64,000 bases of DNA. It comes from Ignavibacteria bacterium. GTDB lineage: Bacteria > Bacteroidota > Ignavibacteria > Tepidaquicellales > OLB5. Position numbers and translations under genes: made by a program. The first letter of the stretch is position 1; each line of letters opens with the position of its first letter. This document shows, piece by piece, positions 28,068-37,541 of this stretch. The stretch lies in NCBI GenBank assembly GCA_030835025.1, contig JAUQWS010000109.1, forward strand, positions 61,847 to 125,846, written 5' to 3'. Below the pieces are notes generated by a model. The model saw nothing but the letters and a program-made list of their open reading frames with translations. It made no database searches and was not told where the DNA came from.

Positions 28068-29267
28068 ATGCGCAGAAAGAAGATATTTCGATTTTTCGAC
28101 CGGTATTTTGGCATACCCCTTGTGCTTTTTCTTGCACTTTTGACAAGGCGGAAAAGACGCTTACCCATTGAAGATATACAAAATGTGCTGATTATCAAGC
28201 TGGCTGCAATAGGGGATGCTATTTTGCTTATCCCTACCATAAGGAAGATCAGGAACTCATTTCCTAAATCTAAAATAACCTTCATGTGCTCTGATATAAA
28301 CCTTTCTGTAATAGAGAAAATAGCCTATGTGGACAGGATCATCAATTGCAGAGTATACGATTTCCTTAAGAACCCATTGAATTTTTTCAGATTCGTAAAA
28401 GAACTCAGAAAGACTAAATATGAGGTGGTAATTGATGCAGGGCAGTGGGAGAGAATTAATTCTTTAATAACCATTTTCACAAAAAGGGATTTCTCAATAG
28501 GATTCAGGACCAAGGGGCAGTGGAAACACGTCATTAATGATGCAATTGTTGAACACAGCAGAACAAAACACGAAGTGGAAAATTTCATGGATTTGCTTAT
28601 TCCGCTGGGTATTGTCCCGATCAGCGGGGAACATAACTATGATGAACTGCAGTTAGAGTTTTTCCTCAAGCCTGAACACAGGAAATTCAGGGATGAGTTT
28701 TGGATAGCAAATGAATTGGGTGGAAAAACTGTAATTTGCCTTCATCCTGGTTGCGGCGAAAACGGTAAGCCCCGCGAATGGGCCCTTGACAATTATGTTG
28801 AACTGGGAAAGAGATTACATGATTTTGACAAAGACATAAGAATACTGATAACCGGAACAAATTTTGAGCGGTATCTGTGTGATCCGCTATATGAGGCACT
28901 TAAGGATTTTGCAGTGAATACTGCAGGCAAGTTTTCTCTGGAGGAAACGGCGGCTCTTGTTGAAAGAGCGAAAATGATGGTGTGCAGTAATACCGGCATC
29001 CTGCATGTTTCAACATGTGTCGGCACAAAAACTATAGGTCTGCATGGGCCTACTAATCCGGCAAAATGGGGTGCATACAATAAGAAAGCAGTTACAATTC
29101 AGAGCAAGAAATACTGCAGTCCATGCCTGTATTTAGGGCATGATTACGGATGCAATACACCAACTTGCATGAGAGAAATCACAGCAGATGAAGTTTATAT
29201 ACAGATCAGGAAACAACTGAATCCAGAACTATTTTTGAACGTATTAACAACACAGGAGCAAAATTAA
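28068..29267 (+). CDS. glycosyltransferase family 9 (LPS heptosyltransferase-like)
   Basis: NVLIIKLAAIGDAILLIPTIRKIR N-terminal signature. C-terminal block SLEETAALVERAKMMVCSNTGILHVS. Confidence 0.75.
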   Translation: MRRKKIFRFFDRYFGIPLVLFLALLTRRKRRLPIEDIQNVLIIKLAAIGDAILLIPTIRKIRNSFPKSKITFMCSDINLSVIEKIAYVDRIINCRVYDFLKNPLNFFRFVKELRKTKYEVVIDAGQWERINSLITIFTKRDFSIGFRTKGQWKHVINDAIVEHSRTKHEVENFMDLLIPLGIVPISGEHNYDELQLEFFLKPEHRKFRDEFWIANELGGKTVICLHPGCGENGKPREWALDNYVELGKRLHDFDKDIRILITGTNFERYLCDPLYEALKDFAVNTAGKFSLEETAALVERAKMMVCSNTGILHVSTCVGTKTIGLHGPTNPAKWGAYNKKAVTIQSKKYCSPCLYLGHDYGCNTPTCMREITADEVYIQIRKQLNPELFLNVLTTQEQN

Positions 29268-29269
29268 TT

Positions 29270-30310
29270 ATGAAAATCGGAATGTTGACCGGCGGTGGAG
29301 ATTGCCCCGGATTAAATGCAGTATTGAGAGCAATTGTAAGAAATGCGATCGGGCATGGATGGGAGTGCATCGGAATAAATAACGGCTGGAAGGGTCTTAT
29401 GGAAATTGACGCGAGACCTCTAAGTATGGATTCGGTTTCGGGGATACTCCAAAAAGGCGGCACCATACTTGGAACATCCAGAACGAATCCTTACAAGCAG
29501 AAAAATGGAGAAGAGCTTGTCATCGAAAATTCCAAAAAACTGGGTATTGATGCATTAGTCGCTATCGGAGGAGAAGATACACTTGGTGTTGCAAATAAGC
29601 TCTCAAAAACAGGATATAAAGTGGTCGGTGTCCCAAAGACTATTGATAACGATCTTAACGGAACAGATTATACATTCGGTTTTGATACTGCAGTAAATAT
29701 TGCAATGGATGCGATTGACAGAATTCATACTACTGCAGAATCACATCATAGAGCAATGATAGTTGAAGTAATGGGCAGGCACGCCGGATGGATCGCAATG
29801 CATGCAGGCATAGCCGGAGGTGCAGATATGATATTAATACCGGAAAGAGAAATAAGATTGCAGGAAATAATTGACTTGATGAACAAAAGAAGAAAAAGGG
29901 GCAGAACCTTTTCGATAATTGTAGTTGCAGAAGGGGCCCAGTTAAGTAAAGAAGACTTTGAGAATTCAAAACTCGTGACTCAGGATGAAAAACTCGATGC
30001 ATTTGGACACATAAGGCTTGGGGGAATTGCAAATGTTCTGGCAGAGATCATAGAGAAGAGAACCGAGGTTGAGACCCGTGCAGTGACACTTGGACATATT
30101 CAAAGGGGAGGCTCACCAACAGCATTTGACAGGGTACTTGGAAGCAGGTTTGGTGTCTATGCAGTTGAAATGGTTAAACAGGGAAAGTTCGGCAGAATGG
30201 CGGCACTTCAGGGTACCGAAATTGTAGATATTACGATTGATGAAGCTGTAAACACACTGAAAACAGTTAGCAATGAGTTTTATGACGTTGCAAGAGTGTT
30301 CTTCAGATAA
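29270..30310 (+). CDS. pfp: 6-phosphofructokinase, probably pyrophosphate-dependent
   Basis: MLTGGGDCPGLNAV, IGGEDTLGVA, VPKTIDNDL. Positions equivalent to E. coli PfkA Gly104 and Gly124 are Asp and Lys, the classical PPi-PFK signature. Starts 2 nt after the GT9 stop. Confidence 0.8.
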   Translation: MKIGMLTGGGDCPGLNAVLRAIVRNAIGHGWECIGINNGWKGLMEIDARPLSMDSVSGILQKGGTILGTSRTNPYKQKNGEELVIENSKKLGIDALVAIGGEDTLGVANKLSKTGYKVVGVPKTIDNDLNGTDYTFGFDTAVNIAMDAIDRIHTTAESHHRAMIVEVMGRHAGWIAMHAGIAGGADMILIPEREIRLQEIIDLMNKRRKRGRTFSIIVVAEGAQLSKEDFENSKLVTQDEKLDAFGHIRLGGIANVLAEIIEKRTEVETRAVTLGHIQRGGSPTAFDRVLGSRFGVYAVEMVKQGKFGRMAALQGTEIVDITIDEAVNTLKTVSNEFYDVARVFFR

Positions 30311-30380
30311 CAATTAATTCTTTGAATCATTTGCTAAAAATGAGTATATTTGAGGCTTATTTAAACGAGAAAGGTAATAG

Positions 30381-31082
30381 ATGTCTTCTTTAAAAGCACG
30401 AAAGAAAATTACGCATAAAGAATTAAAAAAAGATAAGTTAGTAACAAGTTACTTCGAAGTACGAAATTGGCTTGATAACCCCGAAAATAAGAAAAAACTC
30501 TACATTGGAGGGGGAATCATTGTTGTGATAATTGCCGCTGTTTTCCTTTATATTAATAATAAGAACGCCAAGAACGAAGAAGCAGAAACCAAGCTCTCAG
30601 CGGTTGTAATGCTGTATGAACAGGGAAAGTATCCTGAGGCTGTTAACGGTGACCCAACAACCGGTACAACGGGACTTGCGCAGATCGTTAATGAGTACGG
30701 CAGTACTAATAGCGGTGAAACCGCAAAACTTTACCTTGGTAACTGCTATTTTAATATGAAAGATTACGATAATGCCTTAAAGCAATTTGAAGACTATTCC
30801 GGAGACAACGATATCGTCAAAGCATCCTGCATTTCTGGGATCGGGGCTGTTTATGAAGCTAAAGGGGATATGAAGAAAGCCGGCGAGTATTTCGAAAAAT
30901 CGACCAAAGTGAATAAGGACGTCGTCATTAACCAGGAAAACCTATTTAATGCAATTAGGGCTTATACAAATGCCGGTGACAAGGAAAGCGCAAAGAGAGT
31001 ATTTTCAACTTTGAAGGAAGATTACCCAAAGTCAAAATACATAAATGAATCCAAGAGATTCGAATCAGATTTCAAAAATTAA
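30381..31082 (+). CDS. membrane-anchored TPR-like protein (YfgM-like)
   Basis: Basic N-terminus, a single TM helix (IGGGIIVVIIAAVFLYI), then TPR-like helices (GKYPEAV, GNCYFNMKDYDNALKQF, KGDMKKAGEYFEK). Confidence 0.5.
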   Translation: MSSLKARKKITHKELKKDKLVTSYFEVRNWLDNPENKKKLYIGGGIIVVIIAAVFLYINNKNAKNEEAETKLSAVVMLYEQGKYPEAVNGDPTTGTTGLAQIVNEYGSTNSGETAKLYLGNCYFNMKDYDNALKQFEDYSGDNDIVKASCISGIGAVYEAKGDMKKAGEYFEKSTKVNKDVVINQENLFNAIRAYTNAGDKESAKRVFSTLKEDYPKSKYINESKRFESDFKN

Positions 31083-31108
31083 GAAACTTTTGATGTCCGG
31101 AAATTTCA

Positions 31109-31146
31109 ACACAAAGTTCGCTGTGCAAGCGGCTTTGTGTTTTTTA
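31109..31146 (+). terminator. rho-independent terminator
   Basis: ACACAAAG...CTTTGTGT stem, with inner CGCT/AGCG pairing, followed by TTTTT. It overlaps the GTG start (31137) proposed in the ORF track for the next gene. Confidence 0.6.
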
Positions 31147-31157
31147 TTTATATCAGG

Positions 31158-31724
31158 TTGAACTGGTTAGATATTTTGATAGTTTTAATAGTTTTACTCC
31201 CGACTTTCTTCGGGTTCAGAAAGGGGTTCCTGAGGAAACTTTTGGGCATTGCCGGCATAATCGCAGGGTTTATACTTGCCGTAAAATTCTATGATTCTGT
31301 TGCTTCAGTACTTTCGTCATTTATTAAAGGCAATCCTGTGTTTGTAGATGTGCTTAGCTTCCTTCTGATTATTGGAATTCTCTACGGAACTTCAGTCTGG
31401 CTGGCAAGGTTCATGGCAAATATGAATTCCGGAACAAGCCTGATCGATAAGATCCTGGGTACCGTTTTCGGTTTTATGCAGGGTTTGCTCCTTGCAAGTG
31501 TTCTCCTTTTCAACCTCGCGCTGGCAGAAATGCCTTCAAAAGAAACCAGGGAGTCTTCGATGTTCTACTCTCAGGTTTATAAAATAGCACCGGCTGTGTT
31601 TGACAAGGTACTTTCAGTATTTCCGGGTTTGAAGGATATTTACAATGAGTATATTACTCCCCAAAAGATCTCGCCGGAAAACACTCCGCAACCGGATAAG
31701 GAAAAACAGCAGAAGAAAAAATGA
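31158..31724 (+). CDS. cvpA: CvpA-family membrane protein
   Basis: The in-frame TTG at 31158 gives MNWLDILIVLIVLLPTFFGFRKGFLRKLLG, a typical CvpA N-terminus. The ORF-track start at 31137 lies inside the upstream terminator hairpin. Confidence 0.6.
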   Translation: MNWLDILIVLIVLLPTFFGFRKGFLRKLLGIAGIIAGFILAVKFYDSVASVLSSFIKGNPVFVDVLSFLLIIGILYGTSVWLARFMANMNSGTSLIDKILGTVFGFMQGLLLASVLLFNLALAEMPSKETRESSMFYSQVYKIAPAVFDKVLSVFPGLKDIYNEYITPQKISPENTPQPDKEKQQKKK

Positions 31725-33094
31725 GCAAGATACTGATAATAGAAGACGACAAAGCAATAGTTGACGTTCTAAGAATGATTCTTGAGCATGACGGCTTTAG
31801 GATCGAGCATGCCTATAACGGACCCACAGGCATCGAAAAATTCAAGTCCGCTGAACCTGACGTTGTATTGCTGGATATCAGGATGCCGAAAATGGACGGC
31901 ATAGAAGTGCTGCAGGAATTGAGAAAGCTCGATAAAAGTTCTATTATCATAATGATCTCAGGCCACGGAAATATAGAGACCGCCGTTCAGACAACTAAAC
32001 TTGGTGCGTATGATTTTATTTCCAAGCCTTTTGATGTAAGCAGGCTGAAGCTCACAATCCAAAATGGACTGAATTACAAAAAGCTGCTTGCTGAAAATGA
32101 AAGCATGAAGATGATGATAGGCAGCAGTGACCGGCTGCAGGGTTCAAGTGATGAGATGAAGAAACTGCGTGATATGATAGGAAAAGTTGCAGCTTCCTCA
32201 AGCAGAGTTCTGATAACAGGTGAAAATGGTACTGGAAAAGAACTGGCTGCAAAGGAGATTCACAGGCTTAGTGACAGAAACGAAAAACCTTTCATTCATG
32301 TTAACTGCGCAATTATACCAAAGGACCTGATTGAAGTCGAGCTTTTTGGCTGCGTTGAAGGATACCTTACTTTTTCTCCCGGTAAAAGGATAGGTAGATT
32401 CGAAATGGCCGATGGAGGTACTCTGTTTCTTGATGAAATCTCTGACCTCAGCCCTGAATCGCAATCTAAACTACTGAACGTACTTGGTGAAAATAAAATA
32501 GAGCCCCTTGGGAGCAATACAGAGATACCGGTAGATGTCAGGATCATTTCATCTACAAATAAGAACCTGCAGGAGCTTATCAATTCCGGTGCATTCAGGC
32601 AAGACTTGTACCACAGGCTTAACGTTCTTACAATTTATGTTCCACCTCTCAGGAACCACAGTGATGATATAGAAGAACTTGTGGGGACTTTTTCTGAGGA
32701 GATTTCGGTTAGAAATGACCTACCCAGGAAGAAATTTACAAAAAGTGCAATTGAATATCTGACTTCATTAAGCTGGCCCGGAAATGTTAGGGAGCTTAAG
32801 AACACGATAGAAAGGATCCTTATACTCACTGATACAGAAATCATAGACAGAAAGAACATTGAGAGGGAAGAACTTTCCCATGTTTCAGAACTTGACAAAC
32901 TCGTTAATTCAGATTCATCGCTGAGAGATTTCCAGGATATTTCCGAAAAACTCTTCATAGAAAAGAAACTTGCTGAGAATAACTGGAACATATCTAAAAC
33001 CGCCGAAGCCCTTGACATTCAAAGAAGCCACCTTTACACTAAGATCAAGCAATTCAACATCGAAAATCCCCAAAGAGACGATAAAAGTCATTAG
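31721..33094 (+). CDS. NtrC-family response regulator (receiver + AAA+ + Fis-type HTH) with a non-canonical GAFTGA loop
   Basis: Receiver VVLLDIRMPKMDG, Walker A GENGTGKE, Walker B GGTLFLDEI, GAFRQDLYHRLN, and a C-terminal HTH. The position of GAFTGA reads GYLTFS. Its ATGA start overlaps the cvpA stop. Confidence 0.8.
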   Translation: MSKILIIEDDKAIVDVLRMILEHDGFRIEHAYNGPTGIEKFKSAEPDVVLLDIRMPKMDGIEVLQELRKLDKSSIIIMISGHGNIETAVQTTKLGAYDFISKPFDVSRLKLTIQNGLNYKKLLAENESMKMMIGSSDRLQGSSDEMKKLRDMIGKVAASSSRVLITGENGTGKELAAKEIHRLSDRNEKPFIHVNCAIIPKDLIEVELFGCVEGYLTFSPGKRIGRFEMADGGTLFLDEISDLSPESQSKLLNVLGENKIEPLGSNTEIPVDVRIISSTNKNLQELINSGAFRQDLYHRLNVLTIYVPPLRNHSDDIEELVGTFSEEISVRNDLPRKKFTKSAIEYLTSLSWPGNVRELKNTIERILILTDTEIIDRKNIEREELSHVSELDKLVNSDSSLRDFQDISEKLFIEKKLAENNWNISKTAEALDIQRSHLYTKIKQFNIENPQRDDKSH

Positions 33095-33196
33095 TAAAAA
33101 TGACTAATATATGCATCTATCCTACTGTTGTTTTTTACAACAAAATGTGATATAATCACAAGTTTTTAATTAAAAATTTAGGGAATTCTTTAACGG

Positions 33197-34606
33197 ATGA
33201 AAAACCACAATTTCTTTTTGGCAATACTCGTATTACTCAGCAGTTTAGCACTTTCAAATGACTCTTTCTCTCAACTGGGGAATAGCAATATGACACAGAT
33301 TGCGAACAGGAACACACATCCTCCAACAGGCGGTTCACTATACTCAGCACTTTGGGGCTATAGGGCACCTAACGGCAGGGAGTATGCAATCCTGGGATGC
33401 GCAAACGGTACAGCGTTTTATGACATTACTGATACTACGAATGTAGTTGAGTGCGATTTTGTTCCTGGACCCATAAACAGCTGGCGCGAAATGAAGACAT
33501 ATTCTCACTATGCATATGTTGTTTCTGAAGCCAATAACAGTGGGCTTTTGATAATTGATCTTCAGTATTTACCTGATTCTGTCCGCGTTGTCAGAACCTG
33601 GACATATTCAGGCTATACAAAGACCCATTCAATACAGCAGGATGGACCGTATTTGTATTTGAACGGCGGAAATGTAACGCAGGGTATGAGCGATCCGGGC
33701 GGAGTCACTGTTGTTGATCTTACAGGAAATCCTGAAAATCCGACAAAGAGAGGCTCATGGGGTAATGAATACGTTCATGATTGCAGGGTCAGAAACGACA
33801 CGATGTACGCATGTAACATCTATGATCCCCCGGGGACCGTTTCTGTAATAAGTCTGGCCAATAAAGATGTACTTAGCAATATTTCCTCATGGGTGAACAA
33901 TCCAAATCCATTCCCACATAACTGTGCACTACTTCCGGGAAGAACATTCATCTTGACTACCGATGAAACTTCCACTCCGGTTGGTAAGCTAAAAGTCTGG
34001 AATATTTCAAATCTTTCGAATGTGACTTTTGTAACAAGTTGGCAGCCCACCGGTATAACCAACACTATTGTTCACAATGTTGAAGTCTACGGCAACTACG
34101 CATTGATAGCACATTATACGGCCGGTGTCAGGCTTGTTAATATTTCTAACCCTGCAGCTCCGACAGAAGTTGCCTGGTTTGATACCTATCCTTCACAAAA
34201 TACAAATTCATACAACGGATGTTGGGGAGTTTATATGTTCCCTTCAGGCAAGATCATTGCTTCTGACAGGCAGACGGGATTATACGTTCTGAGGACAACT
34301 ATTCCTTTAACCGGAATTAACGAACCTGAAAACGGAACACCTTCTTCTTTTGAACTGAGGCAGAATTACCCGAATCCGTTCAATCCGAGCACAACTATCG
34401 AATTCAGCCTGCCAAAAGGACAGTTTGTCACTGTAAAAGTATTTGACATTCTTGGCAGAGAAGTAGCATTACTTGCTGATGAATACAGGAACGCAGGAAG
34501 TTACAGTATAAGATTTGATGCAGGTAGGCTCGCTTCCGGTGTCTATTATTACTCTATTAAATCCGATAATTTCTCTCAGACCAAGAAGATGGTTCTGAAC
34601 AAATAA
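33197..34606 (+). CDS. LVIVD-repeat/choice-of-anchor-B-like beta-propeller protein with T9SS CTD (paralog 1)
   Basis: Signal peptide. Blocks WGY..PNGREYAILGC.NGTAFYDITD, WREMKTY..YAYVVSE, and VHNVEVYGNYALIAHYTAGVRLVNISNP. CTD is RQNYPNPFNPSTTIEF...GVYYYSI...KKMVLNK. Confidence 0.6.
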   Translation: MKNHNFFLAILVLLSSLALSNDSFSQLGNSNMTQIANRNTHPPTGGSLYSALWGYRAPNGREYAILGCANGTAFYDITDTTNVVECDFVPGPINSWREMKTYSHYAYVVSEANNSGLLIIDLQYLPDSVRVVRTWTYSGYTKTHSIQQDGPYLYLNGGNVTQGMSDPGGVTVVDLTGNPENPTKRGSWGNEYVHDCRVRNDTMYACNIYDPPGTVSVISLANKDVLSNISSWVNNPNPFPHNCALLPGRTFILTTDETSTPVGKLKVWNISNLSNVTFVTSWQPTGITNTIVHNVEVYGNYALIAHYTAGVRLVNISNPAAPTEVAWFDTYPSQNTNSYNGCWGVYMFPSGKIIASDRQTGLYVLRTTIPLTGINEPENGTPSSFELRQNYPNPFNPSTTIEFSLPKGQFVTVKVFDILGREVALLADEYRNAGSYSIRFDAGRLASGVYYYSIKSDNFSQTKKMVLNK

Positions 34607-34619
34607 CGACCTGAAAGAG

Positions 34620-36002
34620 GTGAACTTGAAATCAATTTTTCTTTCAGCGCTTCTGCTGATAGTAAGCTCTCAAACATACAGCCAGTTGCCGGATAGCAAC
34701 ACAATTCTTCTGGCTCAGAAGGATGAGCATGGTAACGGATATTCTGCTTGCTGGGGATATGCCGGACCGAACGGCAGAGAATATGCAATACTCGGTTGTA
34801 ACACCGGAACCGCTTTCATAGATATTACCGATACTTCAAATATTCATGAAGTTGATTTTGTTCCCGGGGTTACTTCCGGATGGAGGGAAATGAAAGTTTT
34901 TTCAAGTTATGCTTACGTTGTTTCCGAGGGTATAAACAGCAGACTGCAGATAATTGCACTGCAATATCTGCCTGATTCGGTCAGCCTGGTTTCAACTTAT
35001 TCTTATTCAGGATATGACCACACTCACTCGATCTCTCAGGCAGGACCGTATTTATATTTAAATGGAGGCAATAACACACAGGGCGGCAGCAATAGCGGCG
35101 GGGTCACAATTCTTGATATTACAAACCCTACTTCTCCCGTAAAAAGAGGCTCATGGTCAAATCAGTACGTTCACGATTGCAGAGTTGTGAATGATACAAT
35201 ATATGCATGCAACATCTATAACCCACCCGGTACTATTTCCGTCATAAATGCGATCAATAAGGATGCTTTGGTCACTGTGAATTCATGGGTAAATTCGCCA
35301 AACCAATTTCCCCACAACTGCGCTTTGCCAAATGACAGGAGATATATCTATACAACTGACGAAACTTCTACACCAAACGGAAAACTGAAGGTTTGGGATA
35401 AATCAAACCTGAACAATGTTACACTGGTGACGACCTGGATGCCAACAGGCATAACTACTGCAATCGTCCACAACGTAGAGATTTACGGCAATCTGGCAGT
35501 AATTGCTCATTACCGCGCCGGGATCAGGATTCTTAACATTACCAACCCTACTGCTCCACAGGAAATTGCATGGTATGATACTTATCCCTCCAGCAATTCA
35601 AACAGTTTTTCAGGGTGCTGGGGAGTGTTTATGTTTCCCTCATCCGGTAAAATTATTGCCTCAGATATAAGCGGCGGATTGTTTGTTGTTAAGATCGGTA
35701 ACCCGCTGGTTGGTATTGCAAATAACCAGACGGTTCCAACAGCTTTTTCACTTCAGCAAAACTATCCTAATCCGTTTAATCCTGCAACTACAATTGAGTA
35801 TTCAGTGCCTGTTAACAGGCGAATAACTCTTAAAGTGTATGATGTTCTGGGCAGGCAAGTTGGGCTTCTGGCAGATGAATTCAAGCTAGCCGGAAATTAC
35901 AAATTAAATTATGATGCAGGTTTGCTGCCGAGCGGGGTTTATTTTTATACACTATCCGGTGAAGGTTTTAGTCAAACCAGGAAGATGACATTGGTTAAAT
36001 AA
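34620..36002 (+). CDS. LVIVD-repeat/choice-of-anchor-B-like beta-propeller protein with T9SS CTD (paralog 2)
   Basis: GTG start preceded by AAAGAGG, 13 nt after the paralog 1 stop. Collinear with paralog 1 along its full length. Confidence 0.6.
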   Translation: MNLKSIFLSALLLIVSSQTYSQLPDSNTILLAQKDEHGNGYSACWGYAGPNGREYAILGCNTGTAFIDITDTSNIHEVDFVPGVTSGWREMKVFSSYAYVVSEGINSRLQIIALQYLPDSVSLVSTYSYSGYDHTHSISQAGPYLYLNGGNNTQGGSNSGGVTILDITNPTSPVKRGSWSNQYVHDCRVVNDTIYACNIYNPPGTISVINAINKDALVTVNSWVNSPNQFPHNCALPNDRRYIYTTDETSTPNGKLKVWDKSNLNNVTLVTTWMPTGITTAIVHNVEIYGNLAVIAHYRAGIRILNITNPTAPQEIAWYDTYPSSNSNSFSGCWGVFMFPSSGKIIASDISGGLFVVKIGNPLVGIANNQTVPTAFSLQQNYPNPFNPATTIEYSVPVNRRITLKVYDVLGRQVGLLADEFKLAGNYKLNYDAGLLPSGVYFYTLSGEGFSQTRKMTLVK

Positions 36003-36016
36003 TATGAGTTCTTTTG

Positions 36017-36044
36017 AACCCGCTTGATTGCGGGTTTCTCATTT
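36017..36044 (+). terminator. rho-independent terminator
   Basis: AACCCGC-TTGATT-GCGGGTT hairpin followed by TCTCATTT. Confidence 0.55.
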
Positions 36045-36098
36045 ACAGCTATTGCATTACCATACTTAGTTTTGTAATTTAGCAAAATTTTTAATATC

Positions 36099-37463
36099 AT
36101 GAATGCACTAAAAGCTATCTTCATCTGTCTTATTCTGAATGCCGGCTTGCTGGCGCAGCTTCCAAACTCTAATATGAATCTCCTTGCTAACAGAAATGAT
36201 CACTTCACATCAACAATGTATTCTGCGATCTGGGGTTATACCGCCGATGACGGAAGGGAGTATGCAATTCTTGGATGCCCTAACGGAACTGCTTTTTATG
36301 ATATTACGGATACGACAAATATAGTTGAAGTCGATTTTCTTCCCGGTCTCACATCGTCATGGAGAGAAATGAAAACTTTCGGTAAATTCGCATACATTGT
36401 TTCCGAAGCGACAGGAAGCGGTCTGCAGATAGTTAACCTTAAATATCTTCCGGATTCAGTCAGTTTGGTGAATACTTTTCTTTTCACAGGATATTCAAGA
36501 ACACATACTATCTCCCAGTCAGGTCCATATCTGTACTTAAACGGGGGTGATTATGGTGTAGGCGGAATATTCGTTCTTGATCTCTCAGAAAACCCAAGAG
36601 TACCTGTGAAGAGAGGGGAATGGGAAGTTGAATATATTCATGACTGCAGGGTAGTTAATGATACTATCTGGGGTGCAGGTATATTTGACGGTAATATTTA
36701 CGTTATTGACGCCGTAAACAAAGACAGCCTCCGGACGATTAACAATTGGCTTAACATTCCCGAGCCTGGACCTCACAATACCGCATTATCATCAGACAGA
36801 AAGCATTTGTTTGTTACTGATGAGATCGGCGGGGATCCAAGATTACTGAAGGTTTGGGACGTTCAGGATATCATGAACCCGGTCCAGGTTGCAACATGGC
36901 AGCCAACAGGTATCACAACATCAGTTGTTCACAATATAGAAACTTACGGAAATTATGCTGTTGTTGCTCACTACACTGCAGGGGTTAGATTACTCAATAT
37001 AACAAATCCAGTTATACCAGTAGAAATTGCTTGGTATGATACTTACCCGGCAGACAATTCGTTTAATTACAACGGATGCTGGGGAGTTTATATGTTCCCG
37101 AGCGGAAAAATAATTGCATCAGACAGGCAGACAGGATTATATGTGTTCAAGTCAAACCAGGTATTTGTTGGCGGCGGAAACAATAATCAGAGTGTTCCGG
37201 AACAATTCAAACTTTCACAAAATTATCCTAATCCGTTCAACCCGGTTACAAGAATATCGTACTCAGTACCGAAGAATGTTTATGTCACTCTTAAAGTATA
37301 TAACATACTCGGGAAAGAAGTTGCAACACTTATTGATAGATTTGAGACCGCTGGAGAGCATTCCTTTACTTATGATGCAGCAAACATGCCAAGCGGTGCT
37401 TATTTCTGTACACTCAAAGCAGGGGATTATACAGAGACGAAGAAGATGGTTCTTGTTAAGTAA
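36099..37463 (+). CDS. LVIVD-repeat/choice-of-anchor-B-like beta-propeller protein with T9SS CTD (paralog 3)
   Basis: Same conserved blocks (WGYTADDGREYAILGCPNGTAFYDITD, VHNIETYGNYAVVAHYTAGVRLLNITNP). CTD is SQNYPNPFNPVTRISY...KKMVLVK. Confidence 0.6.
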   Translation: MNALKAIFICLILNAGLLAQLPNSNMNLLANRNDHFTSTMYSAIWGYTADDGREYAILGCPNGTAFYDITDTTNIVEVDFLPGLTSSWREMKTFGKFAYIVSEATGSGLQIVNLKYLPDSVSLVNTFLFTGYSRTHTISQSGPYLYLNGGDYGVGGIFVLDLSENPRVPVKRGEWEVEYIHDCRVVNDTIWGAGIFDGNIYVIDAVNKDSLRTINNWLNIPEPGPHNTALSSDRKHLFVTDEIGGDPRLLKVWDVQDIMNPVQVATWQPTGITTSVVHNIETYGNYAVVAHYTAGVRLLNITNPVIPVEIAWYDTYPADNSFNYNGCWGVYMFPSGKIIASDRQTGLYVFKSNQVFVGGGNNNQSVPEQFKLSQNYPNPFNPVTRISYSVPKNVYVTLKVYNILGKEVATLIDRFETAGEHSFTYDAANMPSGAYFCTLKAGDYTETKKMVLVK

Positions 37464-37490
37464 ATCTTAAGTAAAACAGATATTTATTTT

Positions 37491-37520
37491 AGAGACGGTC
37501 CGATGGTCGTCTCTTTTTTT
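37491..37520 (+). terminator. rho-independent terminator
   Basis: AGAGACG...CGTCTCT stem followed by TTTTTT. Confidence 0.65.
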
Positions 37521-37541
37521 GCAGGGTTAATTGTAATTATT

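Larger units (their letters stand above)
33197..37463 (+). repeat. tandem three-copy gene array (about 1.4 kb per unit)
   Basis: Three head-to-tail paralogous CDSs with long identical peptide blocks. Divergent at the DNA level. Confidence 0.8.

Noticed and set aside
27875-28285. 136-aa minus-strand ORF spanning the cdd/GT9 intergenic region
   Set aside because: It overlaps the 5' end of the GT9 gene on the other strand. The sequence is odd (Ile/Phe/basic-rich) with no motif, so it more likely reflects AT-rich promoter DNA.
32635-33018. 127-aa Ser-rich minus-strand ORF, plus other antisense ORFs at 32052-32583
   Set aside because: They are antisense to the NtrC-like gene with canonical AAA+ motifs, and their composition is low-complexity.
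33095-33196. Search for a sigma-54 (-24/-12, TGGCAC-N5-TTGC) promoter between the NtrC-like gene and the triplicated propeller genes
   Set aside because: No match by eye. The only feature is a weak AT-only hairpin (TGTTGT-TTTTT-ACAACA), which is too unstable to call.
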